DNA of 64,000 nucleotides from an uncultured delta proteobacterium (GTDB lineage: Bacteria > Desulfobacterota > Binatia > UBA9968). Within the stretch, counting starts at the first letter, position 1. Every line of letters begins with the position of its first letter. Below the pieces are notes generated by a model. It searched no databases. It had not been told where the DNA came from and was given only the letters and a program-made list of their open reading frames with translations. Shown piece after piece: positions 49,354-58,280 of this stretch. The stretch spans positions 345,944-409,943 of the forward strand of contig CAVSHR010000008.1 of NCBI GenBank assembly GCA_963727625.1, read 5' to 3'. Made by a program: the position numbers and the translations under genes.

Positions 49354-49395
49354 AGGGGGACAGTCCCCCTTCCGGAAAGGGGGCTGTCCCCTTTC
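49354..49395. repeat. REP-like palindrome, copy 3
   Basis: AGGGGGACAGTCCCCCTTCCGGAAAGGGGGCTGTCCCCTTTC. Confidence 0.85.
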
Positions 49396-49425
49396 TTCCA
49401 ATTTACAAAACCGGAAAAGAGATGA

Positions 49426-49496
49426 CTCGCGCAAAGACGCAAAGCACGCGAATTCGGAAAATATTCCTAACTTTGCGCCTTGGCGTCTTGGCGGGA
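49426..49496. repeat. CGCAAAG-type imperfect inverted repeat
   Basis: CGCAAAGACGCAAAG ... CTTTGCGCCTTGGCGTCTTGGCG. Confidence 0.7.
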
Positions 49497-49552
49497 TAAA
49501 TTTCCTTGCAGTCGTGTTGTCCAACGTTTCTGAGGTGAGTATCTAAAGTGAT

Positions 49553-50599
49553 ATGAAGCGCGAGCTTACCTACGTCGAAGCGATACGGGAGGCGACGGAT
49601 CAAGAGATGGAGCGCGATCCCTCGGTTCTCATCTTTGGTTTGGATGTCGACGATCCCAAAGCGATTCAGGGCACCACGCGCGGTTTGTTGGAAAAATTTG
49701 GTCCCGAGCGCGTCTTCGGCACGCCCTTGTCGGAGGACGCAATGACCGGCGTTGCGATCGGCCTTGCCCTCGCTGGCTTGCGGCCGATTCACGTCCACAT
49801 CCGCATGGATTTTCTCATGCTGGCGATGAACCAGCTGGTCAACATCGCCGCTAAAAGCCGGTATATGTATGGTGGCCAAGTGCAAGTCCCGATTGTGGTT
49901 CGCTCGATGATCGGGAAAAGTTGGGGCCAGGGCGCACAGCATTCCCAGGGGCTTTATTCGTTTTTTATGCATGTGCCGGGTCTTAAGGTCGTCGCGCCGA
50001 CCACGCCCTTCGATGCCAAGGGGTGTCTGGTCCAGGCGATTCGCGATAACGATCCGGTGATTTACGTCGAGCACCGCATTCTGCATTTTCAAAAGGGGCC
50101 GGTGCCGGAATCGCTCTACGAGTCTGCCCCCGGCAAAGCCCGCATTGCGGTGCCGGGTTCCGACGCTACTCTCGTCGGGATTTCGCATATGCAAATCGAG
50201 TGTTTGCGCGCGCAGCGTTACCTAGAGGCGATCGGCGTGCAAGCCGAGGTCATCGATCCGATTTGGTTGCAGCCGCTCGATATTGAGACGATCGCGGCGT
50301 CAGTGCGCAAAACCGGCCGCCTATGCGTTGTCGATAATGGCTGGATCACCTGCGGCGCCGGCGCCGAGATCGTTGCGGCGGTGTTGGAGCGGGTGCAGGA
50401 CACGCGCTCGATTCAAGTACGGCGCTTGGGTTTCGCTCCGGTGACTTGTCCGCCCGCGCCGACGCTTGAGAATCTCTACTACCCCAATGGCCGCACCATC
50501 GCCGCGGCGGTTCGCAAGCTCGTCACTGGCACCAAGGACGAGTGGATGCCTGAAGAACGCGCCGATCTTCGCGAGATCGAATTCAAGGGACCGTTTTAA
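49553..50599 (+). CDS. TPP-dependent E1 beta-like subunit
   Basis: TPLSE, GLRPI, GAQHSQ, PGLKVVAP, DPVIYVEH. Confidence 0.93.
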   Translation: MKRELTYVEAIREATDQEMERDPSVLIFGLDVDDPKAIQGTTRGLLEKFGPERVFGTPLSEDAMTGVAIGLALAGLRPIHVHIRMDFLMLAMNQLVNIAAKSRYMYGGQVQVPIVVRSMIGKSWGQGAQHSQGLYSFFMHVPGLKVVAPTTPFDAKGCLVQAIRDNDPVIYVEHRILHFQKGPVPESLYESAPGKARIAVPGSDATLVGISHMQIECLRAQRYLEAIGVQAEVIDPIWLQPLDIETIAASVRKTGRLCVVDNGWITCGAGAEIVAAVLERVQDTRSIQVRRLGFAPVTCPPAPTLENLYYPNGRTIAAAVRKLVTGTKDEWMPEERADLREIEFKGPF

Positions 50600-50644
50600 T
50601 TTATGGGTCTTCAGGTTTTCTTGTGAACCAGAGATCGGAAATAG

Positions 50645-50773
50645 CACCGCAGGGGCGCGGAGGGCGGAGTAAGGAGTTTTTGATTGATAAGTACTCCGGA
50701 CTCTGCGAACCCCGTGTCTCTGTGGTGAAAAAGAATCCGGATATCTCACCGCGGAGGCGCTGAGGGCGCTGAG
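50645..50773. repeat. CACCGCAGAG-type imperfect inverted repeats
   Basis: CACCGCAGGGGCGCGGAG ... CTCTGCGAACCCCGTGTCTCTGTGGTG, plus a second left arm CACCGCGGAGGCGCTGAG. Confidence 0.7.
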
Positions 50774-50914
50774 AAAAGCGTTTTATATTACAAAATAACC
50801 ACTCTTACGAGCGGTCTTCAGTATTTTGCTCCGACCTTTGCGCCCTTTGCAGGACATGCTTTTCGGGAGAAACTCCGGATTCGACGAAAGGTTGTTTATC
50901 TTTGGTTGATATTT

Positions 50915-52111
50915 ATGAGCGTGATTGATTTAGATTGGCCGCTGATGCGCAACAACATCACTCCTTCAGATCTCGAAGGCGTGATCCAATTTCTCAAACA
51001 GGAAGTGCCGATTCTTACGCAATCGACCCAGGTGAAATCCTTCGAGCAAGAATGGTCGCGCTGGCTTGGCGTAAAGCATAGCGTGTTCGTCAATTCCGGT
51101 TCGTCGGCGAATTTGCTCACGATGACGGCGTTACGGGAAACTTTCGGTGCGGGCGAGATCATTGTGCCCACGCTCACCTGGGTTTCGGACATCGCTTCGG
51201 TGCTCCAGTGCGGCTTTACGCCGGTATTTGTCGACATCAATCCCAAAACTCTGGGCATGGATAGCGAACAGGTAGTAAAGAAAATTACGCCGCAGACCAA
51301 AGCAGTCTTTTTGACTCATGTGCTCGGCTTTAACGCCTTGGACGAGCGGTTGCTAGCGGAGCTGGAAGCCCGCAAGGTGCCGCTGATCGAGGATGTCTGC
51401 GAGTCCCATGGCGCAACCTTCAAGGGGCGGAAACTCGGCACCTTCGGACTGGCGTCGAATTTTTCCTTCTACTACGCGCATCACATGAGTACGATCGAAG
51501 GGGGCGTGATTTCGACCGATGACTCACGGCTCTATGAAATACTACGCATGTTGCGCTCGCACGGCATGGTGCGCGAGGCGGAGTCGGCCGATTTGAAACA
51601 GTCCTATATCGATCGGCACCCAGACTTGAATCCGGATTTCATCTTCGCTTTTCCCGCTTACAACGTGCGCAGCACGGAGATCAACGCGGTGATCGGGCGT
51701 TCTCAGCTAAAACGCCTCGATGAGAATAACCGCGAGCGCACCGCGAACCTTAAGTTGTTTCTGGATGATTTGGATCCGCAAAAGTATCAGACCGATTTTG
51801 TCACCGAGGGCAGTTGCAATTACGCCTTTACGCTGATTTTGAAACATGCCGACGGGGTACTGCGCGATAACGTCATGCAGGCGTTACGGCAGGCTCGCGT
51901 GGAGTTTCGCCGCGGCACCTCCGGGGGCGGAAACCAGCTGCGCCAGCCCTATCTGAAAAGGCTATTGGGCGAGCGAGAATTTGACAAGTATCCAAACGTA
52001 AATCACGTTCATTTCCATGGGTTTTATATCGGCAATTTTCCTGGTCTGGAGCGGGAGAAGATTCTCGCTTTGACGAAGATGCTGAACGCGCTGCCTGCCG
52101 GCTCCGCGTAA
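50915..52111 (+). CDS. PLP-dependent DegT-family enzyme, ColD-like C3-dehydratase
   Basis: NSGSSANL, EDVCESHGA, SFYYAHHMSTIEGG (His at the Schiff-base Lys position); no Fe-S Cys motif after HG. Confidence 0.85.
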   Translation: MSVIDLDWPLMRNNITPSDLEGVIQFLKQEVPILTQSTQVKSFEQEWSRWLGVKHSVFVNSGSSANLLTMTALRETFGAGEIIVPTLTWVSDIASVLQCGFTPVFVDINPKTLGMDSEQVVKKITPQTKAVFLTHVLGFNALDERLLAELEARKVPLIEDVCESHGATFKGRKLGTFGLASNFSFYYAHHMSTIEGGVISTDDSRLYEILRMLRSHGMVREAESADLKQSYIDRHPDLNPDFIFAFPAYNVRSTEINAVIGRSQLKRLDENNRERTANLKLFLDDLDPQKYQTDFVTEGSCNYAFTLILKHADGVLRDNVMQALRQARVEFRRGTSGGGNQLRQPYLKRLLGEREFDKYPNVNHVHFHGFYIGNFPGLEREKILALTKMLNALPAGSA

Positions 52112-52164
52112 CCCGCGCGCTCGCGGATCAGTCCGCGAGAAATGCTCTGGCGAAAGGTCGATTG

Positions 52165-53706
52165 ATGAGCAGAAAATTAGACCTCCTCTTGGTTCACCCG
52201 GGTAGCAGAAGGCAAATCTATCAGTCGCTGGGCGATAATCTTGCGGCGGTGGAGTCGCCGGTGTGGGCCGGCTTGATCGCGACGTTTGTTCGCAAGCGCG
52301 GCATGGCCGTGGAAATTCTCGACGGCGAAGCCGACGAGCTCGGTCCCGAGGAGACGGCGGCGCGAGTCGTCGAAGCCTCACCCAAATTGACGGCGGTCAT
52401 TGTCTATGGCCACCAGCCTTCCGCGTCGACGCAGAATATGACGGCTGCCGGCGCTATCTGCACCGCCATCAAACAGGCCGACCCCAGCCGGAAAGTGATC
52501 CTGGTCGGCGGCCATGTGGCGGCGTTGCCGGAACGCACGTTGCGCGAAGAAGATGCGGATTTCACCTGCAACGGCGAGGGGCCGTATACGATCCTGGAGC
52601 TTTTGCAAGCGCTCCAGTCGACGGCTCCCGACTACAGCCGGGTGCGCGGGCTCTGCTACCGCCAGGGTGACGGCGTTATGCAGAATCCGCCTTCGCCTCT
52701 AGTGAAGGACCCCGATCAGGAAATGCCGGAGATGGCGTGGGATTTGTTGCCGATGAAAAAATATCGCGCCCACAACTGGCACTGTTTCGACGACTTGCAG
52801 CGCCAGCCCTATGCCTCCTTTTACACCACCTTTGGCTGTCCCTATCACTGTAGTTTTTGTTGCATCCAGGCGCCGTTTAAGACCGGCGAGAAACTCGCGG
52901 GTTTGAAAGAAACCGTCAACAGCTATCGCTTCTGGAGCCCGCAGACCATCATTGCGCAGATTGACAAATTGGTTGTCCAGTATGGGGTGCGCAACATCAA
53001 AATCGCCGACGAAATGTTTGTGCTCAATCCGCGGCACGTGCTCGGAATCTGCGACGCGATCATCGAGCGCGGCTACAATCTGAACATCTGGGCGTATGCG
53101 CGGGTCGATACGGTGCGAGACGGCATGTTGGAAAAGCTCAAACGCGCCGGCGTCAATTGGCTCGCCTTCGGCATCGAGGCGGCCAGCGAGCGCGTGCGCG
53201 ATAGTGTGGACAAGGGATTCGGACAAGAAGAGATTTTTCGGACGATCAAGAACGTTAGAAGCGCCGGCATCAATGTCATCGGCAACTATATATTCGGCTT
53301 GCCTGAAGATAATCTGGAGAGCATGCAGGCGACGCTGGACCTCGCCGTTGAATTGAATTGTGAATTTGCCAATTTCTATTCTGCGATGGCGTATCCCGGC
53401 TCGCAGCTTTACAATCTAGCGCTCAAAGAGGGCTGGCCGCTGCCGGGAAAATGGTCGGGCTATTCGCAGCACGCCGTTGATACTCTACCCTTGCCGACAA
53501 AATACCTGTCCGGGGGCGAAGTGCTGCGCTTCAGGGATCATGCGTTTCAAGTGTACTTTAGCAATCAAAGCTATCTCGATATGGTCACGCAGAAGTTCGG
53601 CCGGGAAACGGCGGAACACATTCGGCAAATGGCGTCTCATAATCTGGAGAGAAAACATATTCCATCGCAGGTCTCCGAGCCGAACCGTGTCGTGGGGCAG
53701 CAATAA
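52165..53706 (+). CDS. cobalamin-dependent radical SAM enzyme
   Basis: B12-binding N-terminus (GGHV, GEG), GCPYHCSFC, ADE, GIEA, IFGLP. Confidence 0.92.
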   Translation: MSRKLDLLLVHPGSRRQIYQSLGDNLAAVESPVWAGLIATFVRKRGMAVEILDGEADELGPEETAARVVEASPKLTAVIVYGHQPSASTQNMTAAGAICTAIKQADPSRKVILVGGHVAALPERTLREEDADFTCNGEGPYTILELLQALQSTAPDYSRVRGLCYRQGDGVMQNPPSPLVKDPDQEMPEMAWDLLPMKKYRAHNWHCFDDLQRQPYASFYTTFGCPYHCSFCCIQAPFKTGEKLAGLKETVNSYRFWSPQTIIAQIDKLVVQYGVRNIKIADEMFVLNPRHVLGICDAIIERGYNLNIWAYARVDTVRDGMLEKLKRAGVNWLAFGIEAASERVRDSVDKGFGQEEIFRTIKNVRSAGINVIGNYIFGLPEDNLESMQATLDLAVELNCEFANFYSAMAYPGSQLYNLALKEGWPLPGKWSGYSQHAVDTLPLPTKYLSGGEVLRFRDHAFQVYFSNQSYLDMVTQKFGRETAEHIRQMASHNLERKHIPSQVSEPNRVVGQQ

Positions 53707-53741
53707 GTCGCTTCAGGTGAAAGCGATCGAAGGATCGACCA

Positions 53742-54326
53742 ATGGCGTCGCAACCGATGTTGGCAAAGCGGAGACTTGCCTGCGAGAACAGCCGATTCTC
53801 GGTTTACTTTGACGATCTGACGCGCGACGGGGAACCTTGCGCGCAGGATTATCTGGTCGTCGCGCCCAAGCAGGTCTCGGGCGATCTTGTTACGGGAGTC
53901 GCGATACTTCCGGTGTGTGAGGATAAGATTGGCCTGCTTAAAGTTTATCGGCATGCCATCCAAGGCGATTCCTGGGAGATTCCACGGGGGTTCATAGAGG
54001 AAGGCGAAAGCGATCTGACTTCGGCCTTGCGCGAGCTGGAGGAAGAAACCGGTCTTACTTGCGATCCGGACGAAATGAAACTGCTTGGGATGATTACCCC
54101 CGACGCGGGCATCTTAGCTGCGCGGGTCCAGATCTATGTCGCTTTGCGCTGCAGCCGGACCCGAGGGTTCGCGCCTTCGGAGTTAGGCCACCACGAGTTT
54201 CGCCTTTTTGCGCGCGAAGAGATCGAGGATTTGATATCGAGATCCGAGATTCAAGATCCTTGCACGCTGGTGGCGTATTTTAGGCATTCATTCCGTCCAG
54301 AAAGTTTCACCTCGGTTGTGACGTGA
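53742..54326 (+). CDS. NUDIX hydrolase (ADP-ribose/NDP-sugar pyrophosphatase-like)
   Basis: EIPRGFIEEGE....ALRELEEETG Nudix box. Confidence 0.9.
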   Translation: MASQPMLAKRRLACENSRFSVYFDDLTRDGEPCAQDYLVVAPKQVSGDLVTGVAILPVCEDKIGLLKVYRHAIQGDSWEIPRGFIEEGESDLTSALRELEEETGLTCDPDEMKLLGMITPDAGILAARVQIYVALRCSRTRGFAPSELGHHEFRLFAREEIEDLISRSEIQDPCTLVAYFRHSFRPESFTSVVT

Positions 54327-54404
54327 GAGCATTGTGTTGGGGAACGGTTTTCTCGTGCGGCAATTTTGTTTTACGAAAGCAGGTGTTCTTGCTAGGGGTC
54401 TCCT

Positions 54405-55205
54405 TTGCTACGCATAATTGCTTTTTTAGGAAAACTGTATCGTTACCGCGGTGTAATTTGGGCGATGGCCAAGCACGATTTGGCGTCCCGATATGTCGGC
54501 ACAATCGCCGGGCCTCTATGGGCCATCTTTCATCCGCTTGCGACGGTCGTCATCTACTGGTTTGTGTTCTCGGTTGGCTTCAAGGCGAAGGGTCCTTCAG
54601 GAATGCCTTTTGTCCTTTATTTTGTGAGCGGCCTTGTCCCGTGGCTCCTTTTTAACAACACCATCATGACGAGCGTGTCGGCGGTCACTGGTCAGCCGCA
54701 CCTGGTAAAGAAGATTGTTTTTCCAACCGAAGTTTTGCCTATTGTCAATTTGGTTTCGGAGACTTTTACGCACATCGTCATGCTGTTCATTCTCCTGGTG
54801 GTGATCTGGTATTATGGCTATCATCTAGATCCCTTCATGCTCCAGACCGCGTACTACTTTATCGCTCTTTGTTTCTTCGTGATCGGCTTGTCGTGGCTGC
54901 TAAGCTCGCTTCAGGTTTTTCATCGCGACGTGGGTCAAGGTATGGCCGTGATATTGAATTTTTGGTTTTGGCTGACGCCAGTCGTCTGGACCGAAGAGGT
55001 GGTGCCGGAAAAATACCGCTGGTTTTTGCAGCTCAATCCTCTCGCCTATGTGGTTGAGGGATATCGCAAGTCCCTGCTGCACCAACGGCCGGCATGGGGG
55101 GATGTCAACGGCGGGGCGTGTTATTGGCTGGCGGCGGCCGTGATATTTGTCGCCGGCGCCTATGTGTTCAGGCGTCTCAAGCCCGAATTCGCAGACGTGT
55201 TGTGA
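54405..55205 (+). CDS. wzm: ABC-2 polysaccharide exporter permease
   Basis: RYVGT..G.LW, GLVPW, LVKKIVFP, TPVVW, LNPL, EFADVL. Confidence 0.95.
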   Translation: MLRIIAFLGKLYRYRGVIWAMAKHDLASRYVGTIAGPLWAIFHPLATVVIYWFVFSVGFKAKGPSGMPFVLYFVSGLVPWLLFNNTIMTSVSAVTGQPHLVKKIVFPTEVLPIVNLVSETFTHIVMLFILLVVIWYYGYHLDPFMLQTAYYFIALCFFVIGLSWLLSSLQVFHRDVGQGMAVILNFWFWLTPVVWTEEVVPEKYRWFLQLNPLAYVVEGYRKSLLHQRPAWGDVNGGACYWLAAAVIFVAGAYVFRRLKPEFADVL

Positions 55206-55224
55206 CCAGCGCAAGGTATCAAGG

Positions 55225-56598
55225 GTGACAGAAGAAATCGCCATTTCGGTCCGGGATGTCTCCAAGAAGTATCGTCTCTTCGGCTCTCCGCAGGAAAGAC
55301 TTAAGGAAGCCTTGCACCCGTTTCGTAAACGGTATCACAAAGAATTCTGGGCGTTAAAAGGGGTTAGCTTCGATGTGCCGAAGGGTCAGACTGTAGGAAT
55401 CCTCGGGCGTAACGGTTCCGGCAAGTCGACCCTCCTACAAATTATCGCCGGCATTATGCAGCCGACGAGCGGGGAAGTGACTGTTAATGGCCGAGTGTCG
55501 GCTTTACTCGAGCTCGGCACAGGGTTCAATCCTGAGTTCACCGGCCGGGAGAATGTGATTTTTCAAGCCCAGGTTGTAGGCCTGCCCCGAGAAGAAATCA
55601 ATCGTCGCCTTCCGGAGATTGAAGCATTCGCCGACATCGGGGAATTCTTCGATCAACCCGTGAAAACTTATTCCTCCGGTATGTTTGTGCGCGTGGCTTT
55701 CGCCGTAGCCGTTAGCGTTGACCCGGAGATACTTATCGTTGACGAAGCGCTGGCTGTGGGGGATGCTAAGTTTCAGCATAAATGCTTCCAGACATTTCGG
55801 CAATTTCTCGACGCGGGTAAAACTTTGCTTTTAGTTTCGCACGATATGGGTACGTTACTGCGGCTCTGTAGCGTGGGTGTAGTCCTAGAGGGGGGGGCGG
55901 TCCATTCCTACGGTACTATCTCGCAGGCGACCAACAGCTACCAAGCACTGCTATTCGGCCACTATTCCGGAGCGATTACTGACGATCTTACAAGTGAGCG
56001 GACTGACGGTGATGCTCGAAGCAAGGATGACAATACGACGAGAACGAATTCTGACGGAAAATTGTTGGGCGATAGGAGTTTGGTCTCGCTAATGCGCAAT
56101 GGAATCGATGATCATTGCCCACAACGACCTTCATATAACAAAAACGAAACTAGGCTCGGCGATGGGCGCGTAAAAATACTCGATTACGTCATTGTCTCAA
56201 ATGATCGCTTGGAGCCCGCCGTCATTTCCTTTGATTCAATAATTTCGATTTATTTGAAGATTCACTTCTTTTTTGATGTGAAAAACGTATCTCTCGGATT
56301 TGCGATTACTTCTAAAGATTGTGTTTCCGTATATGGTACCAATTTATTTCTCCAGGGCAGACCCTTGTTGAGCGGTCGGGCCGGCGAAACGTTATTGGCC
56401 AGATTTGCCTGGAATGCGACATTGACAGGCGGTGACTATTTCCTGAACCTTGGCTGCAATCAAATTACGCCGCAACAGGACGTTTTTCTGGACGTTCGAC
56501 GGTCGGTAGCGCACCTTAGATTTGCGGATACGAGTTGGTGCACGGGGTTTCTTGCTGCTGAGGCCAAGCTAGATGAGTTGGATCGCTTCATTGCCTGA
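55225..56598 (+). CDS. wzt: polysaccharide ABC ATPase with C-terminal Wzt_C domain
   Basis: GRNGSGKST, YSSGM, DEALAVGD..FQ.KC, ~200-aa C-terminal extension (R.GDG..KI...GDYFL). Confidence 0.95.
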   Translation: MTEEIAISVRDVSKKYRLFGSPQERLKEALHPFRKRYHKEFWALKGVSFDVPKGQTVGILGRNGSGKSTLLQIIAGIMQPTSGEVTVNGRVSALLELGTGFNPEFTGRENVIFQAQVVGLPREEINRRLPEIEAFADIGEFFDQPVKTYSSGMFVRVAFAVAVSVDPEILIVDEALAVGDAKFQHKCFQTFRQFLDAGKTLLLVSHDMGTLLRLCSVGVVLEGGAVHSYGTISQATNSYQALLFGHYSGAITDDLTSERTDGDARSKDDNTTRTNSDGKLLGDRSLVSLMRNGIDDHCPQRPSYNKNETRLGDGRVKILDYVIVSNDRLEPAVISFDSIISIYLKIHFFFDVKNVSLGFAITSKDCVSVYGTNLFLQGRPLLSGRAGETLLARFAWNATLTGGDYFLNLGCNQITPQQDVFLDVRRSVAHLRFADTSWCTGFLAAEAKLDELDRFIA

Positions 56599-56732
56599 GG
56601 ACGTCTTGTCTCCGAACACTTTAAAAGAAGCATCGATTGTTTTGAGTGAGGATGAATGTGGTATGCTTAATACCATAAGCGGCAGCAACGCTTTGCCCGT
56701 TTAAACCTAGTAAGGAAAAAAGTGTAACGAAC

Positions 56733-58280
56733 GTGGTGGTTCATAAAGGACAATACCTGGTCGTTGGCCCCCCTCGGGGCGGATTCACCTTGCTGCTTTC
56801 TGTTCTGGCGATTCTCTATCGGGATCGGGGATTGCGCAAACCGAGGGCGCAGGAAATCGCTGATCCGTACATCACTATTGCTGGAGAATATTTGGATGCC
56901 GCCATTCGCGACTGGTTTCACGCGCAAGTTGGCGAGGACCGCCTTTTTTACAATAAGGAATTTTCGATCCTGGTGGGAGGACCAAAGTGGATTTCACCGA
57001 CTGACGCGGACTCTGTTTGTATCCGAAAGTATGTGGGCATCAAAGGATCAGGTGACTTTACGTTTATCCTGCATCTTCCCCGCTGGGTCCTCGCCTTCGA
57101 CGAATTAATTCATTCGCATAGCCATCCTGCACGCTGGGTAAGCATGGCGGATTATTCCGGCTATCTGAAATTCGCGTCGATACGAAACCCCATCGACATC
57201 ATTCATTCTTCAGTGTTTTCGATCAATGCATTAGCGAGTGAATACATCCAGCGCGAGTTGAAGTTGGACGAACACCAGATACGGCGCGAACTTGCGTTGA
57301 ACAAATTAACCAATCCGGGATTCATCTCGGGCTTGATAATTTTCCTAAAAAGATATCTCGATGAGTTCATTCCGGTAGCTGACAGGTACGATTACCTCAT
57401 GCGCTGGGAAGATTTGATTCAATCTCCCATAGACGAGATTCAGCGCATTGCCGAAGCTACCGGAGAGCCCGTGGACGCCCCATATGCGGGACGCATATGG
57501 GCTGAATTGGAACATCGAAACCTTACGCGCTACCACAAGCACAGTTTCCGGCGCGGTGTGCTGGACGATTGGCAGTTAAATATCACCAACACGCACCTGA
57601 AACTTTTCGAAGAGGCCGGTATTGCGAGGTATCTCGAGAAATTCGGCTATTCGTCGATCCAATACTTTGATGAAAATGACTATACGCCCGATCAGAAACT
57701 GATCGAGGAGCACATCCGTCGTGGGCAACCGTACGTTGAAAATCTGGATCGAGATGTCATTACTTTCGCGTTCAACAAGACTAACTTCATTCCTACCCCG
57801 CAGTTCAAGTTCAAGCACTATCCTCGCCAGGGCGCCATCGAAATTGAAAAATCGACCTTGCAGAACGAGGACTTAGCGACGGGATTCATGGCCCGGATGG
57901 GTGTCGCTTCGGATACGGTTTATCGTTATCTGCTGGAGTTGCATCCCGCGGCCCAAGAGGCGGCGTTGGGGGATGACGCTCGACTGGCAGACTTGCGAGT
58001 TCGCTATGGGCAAGTATTCTCGGAGTGGCTGGGCGATCGTTGTCGATCGCGGTTCGACGCGCTGATAAAGCTCGATGATCCGGTGATGCCACCGCGACTT
58101 GTTGGAAGCGCCGCCGGATACAACATTGTTTATTTTGGAGAGCGTCATTATTCGGTCCCGCAGTCGCTCGGTCCAATGGATCTGGGAAAACTCGATATCT
58201 CTGCATTGCCCTCCACGATTCTCCTCACTCGTACATACGAGGAAGCGCTGCAAGCCATTGCGGAGGTGACCACGGCGTGA
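56733..58280 (+). CDS. atypical sulfotransferase-fold protein with a C-terminal repeat module
   Basis: GPPRGGFT loop, IRNPIDIIHS, RWEDL, FRRG...DW. Confidence 0.7.
   Translation: MVVHKGQYLVVGPPRGGFTLLLSVLAILYRDRGLRKPRAQEIADPYITIAGEYLDAAIRDWFHAQVGEDRLFYNKEFSILVGGPKWISPTDADSVCIRKYVGIKGSGDFTFILHLPRWVLAFDELIHSHSHPARWVSMADYSGYLKFASIRNPIDIIHSSVFSINALASEYIQRELKLDEHQIRRELALNKLTNPGFISGLIIFLKRYLDEFIPVADRYDYLMRWEDLIQSPIDEIQRIAEATGEPVDAPYAGRIWAELEHRNLTRYHKHSFRRGVLDDWQLNITNTHLKLFEEAGIARYLEKFGYSSIQYFDENDYTPDQKLIEEHIRRGQPYVENLDRDVITFAFNKTNFIPTPQFKFKHYPRQGAIEIEKSTLQNEDLATGFMARMGVASDTVYRYLLELHPAAQEAALGDDARLADLRVRYGQVFSEWLGDRCRSRFDALIKLDDPVMPPRLVGSAAGYNIVYFGERHYSVPQSLGPMDLGKLDISALPSTILLTRTYEEALQAIAEVTTA

Noticed and set aside
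33463-49395. CRISPR array from the GGGGACAGTCCCC repeats
   Set aside because: Copies are kilobases apart, with no spacers and no cas genes.
48368-50599. Housekeeping pyruvate or acetoin dehydrogenase operon
   Set aside because: No E2/E3, and embedded among nucleotide-sugar genes.
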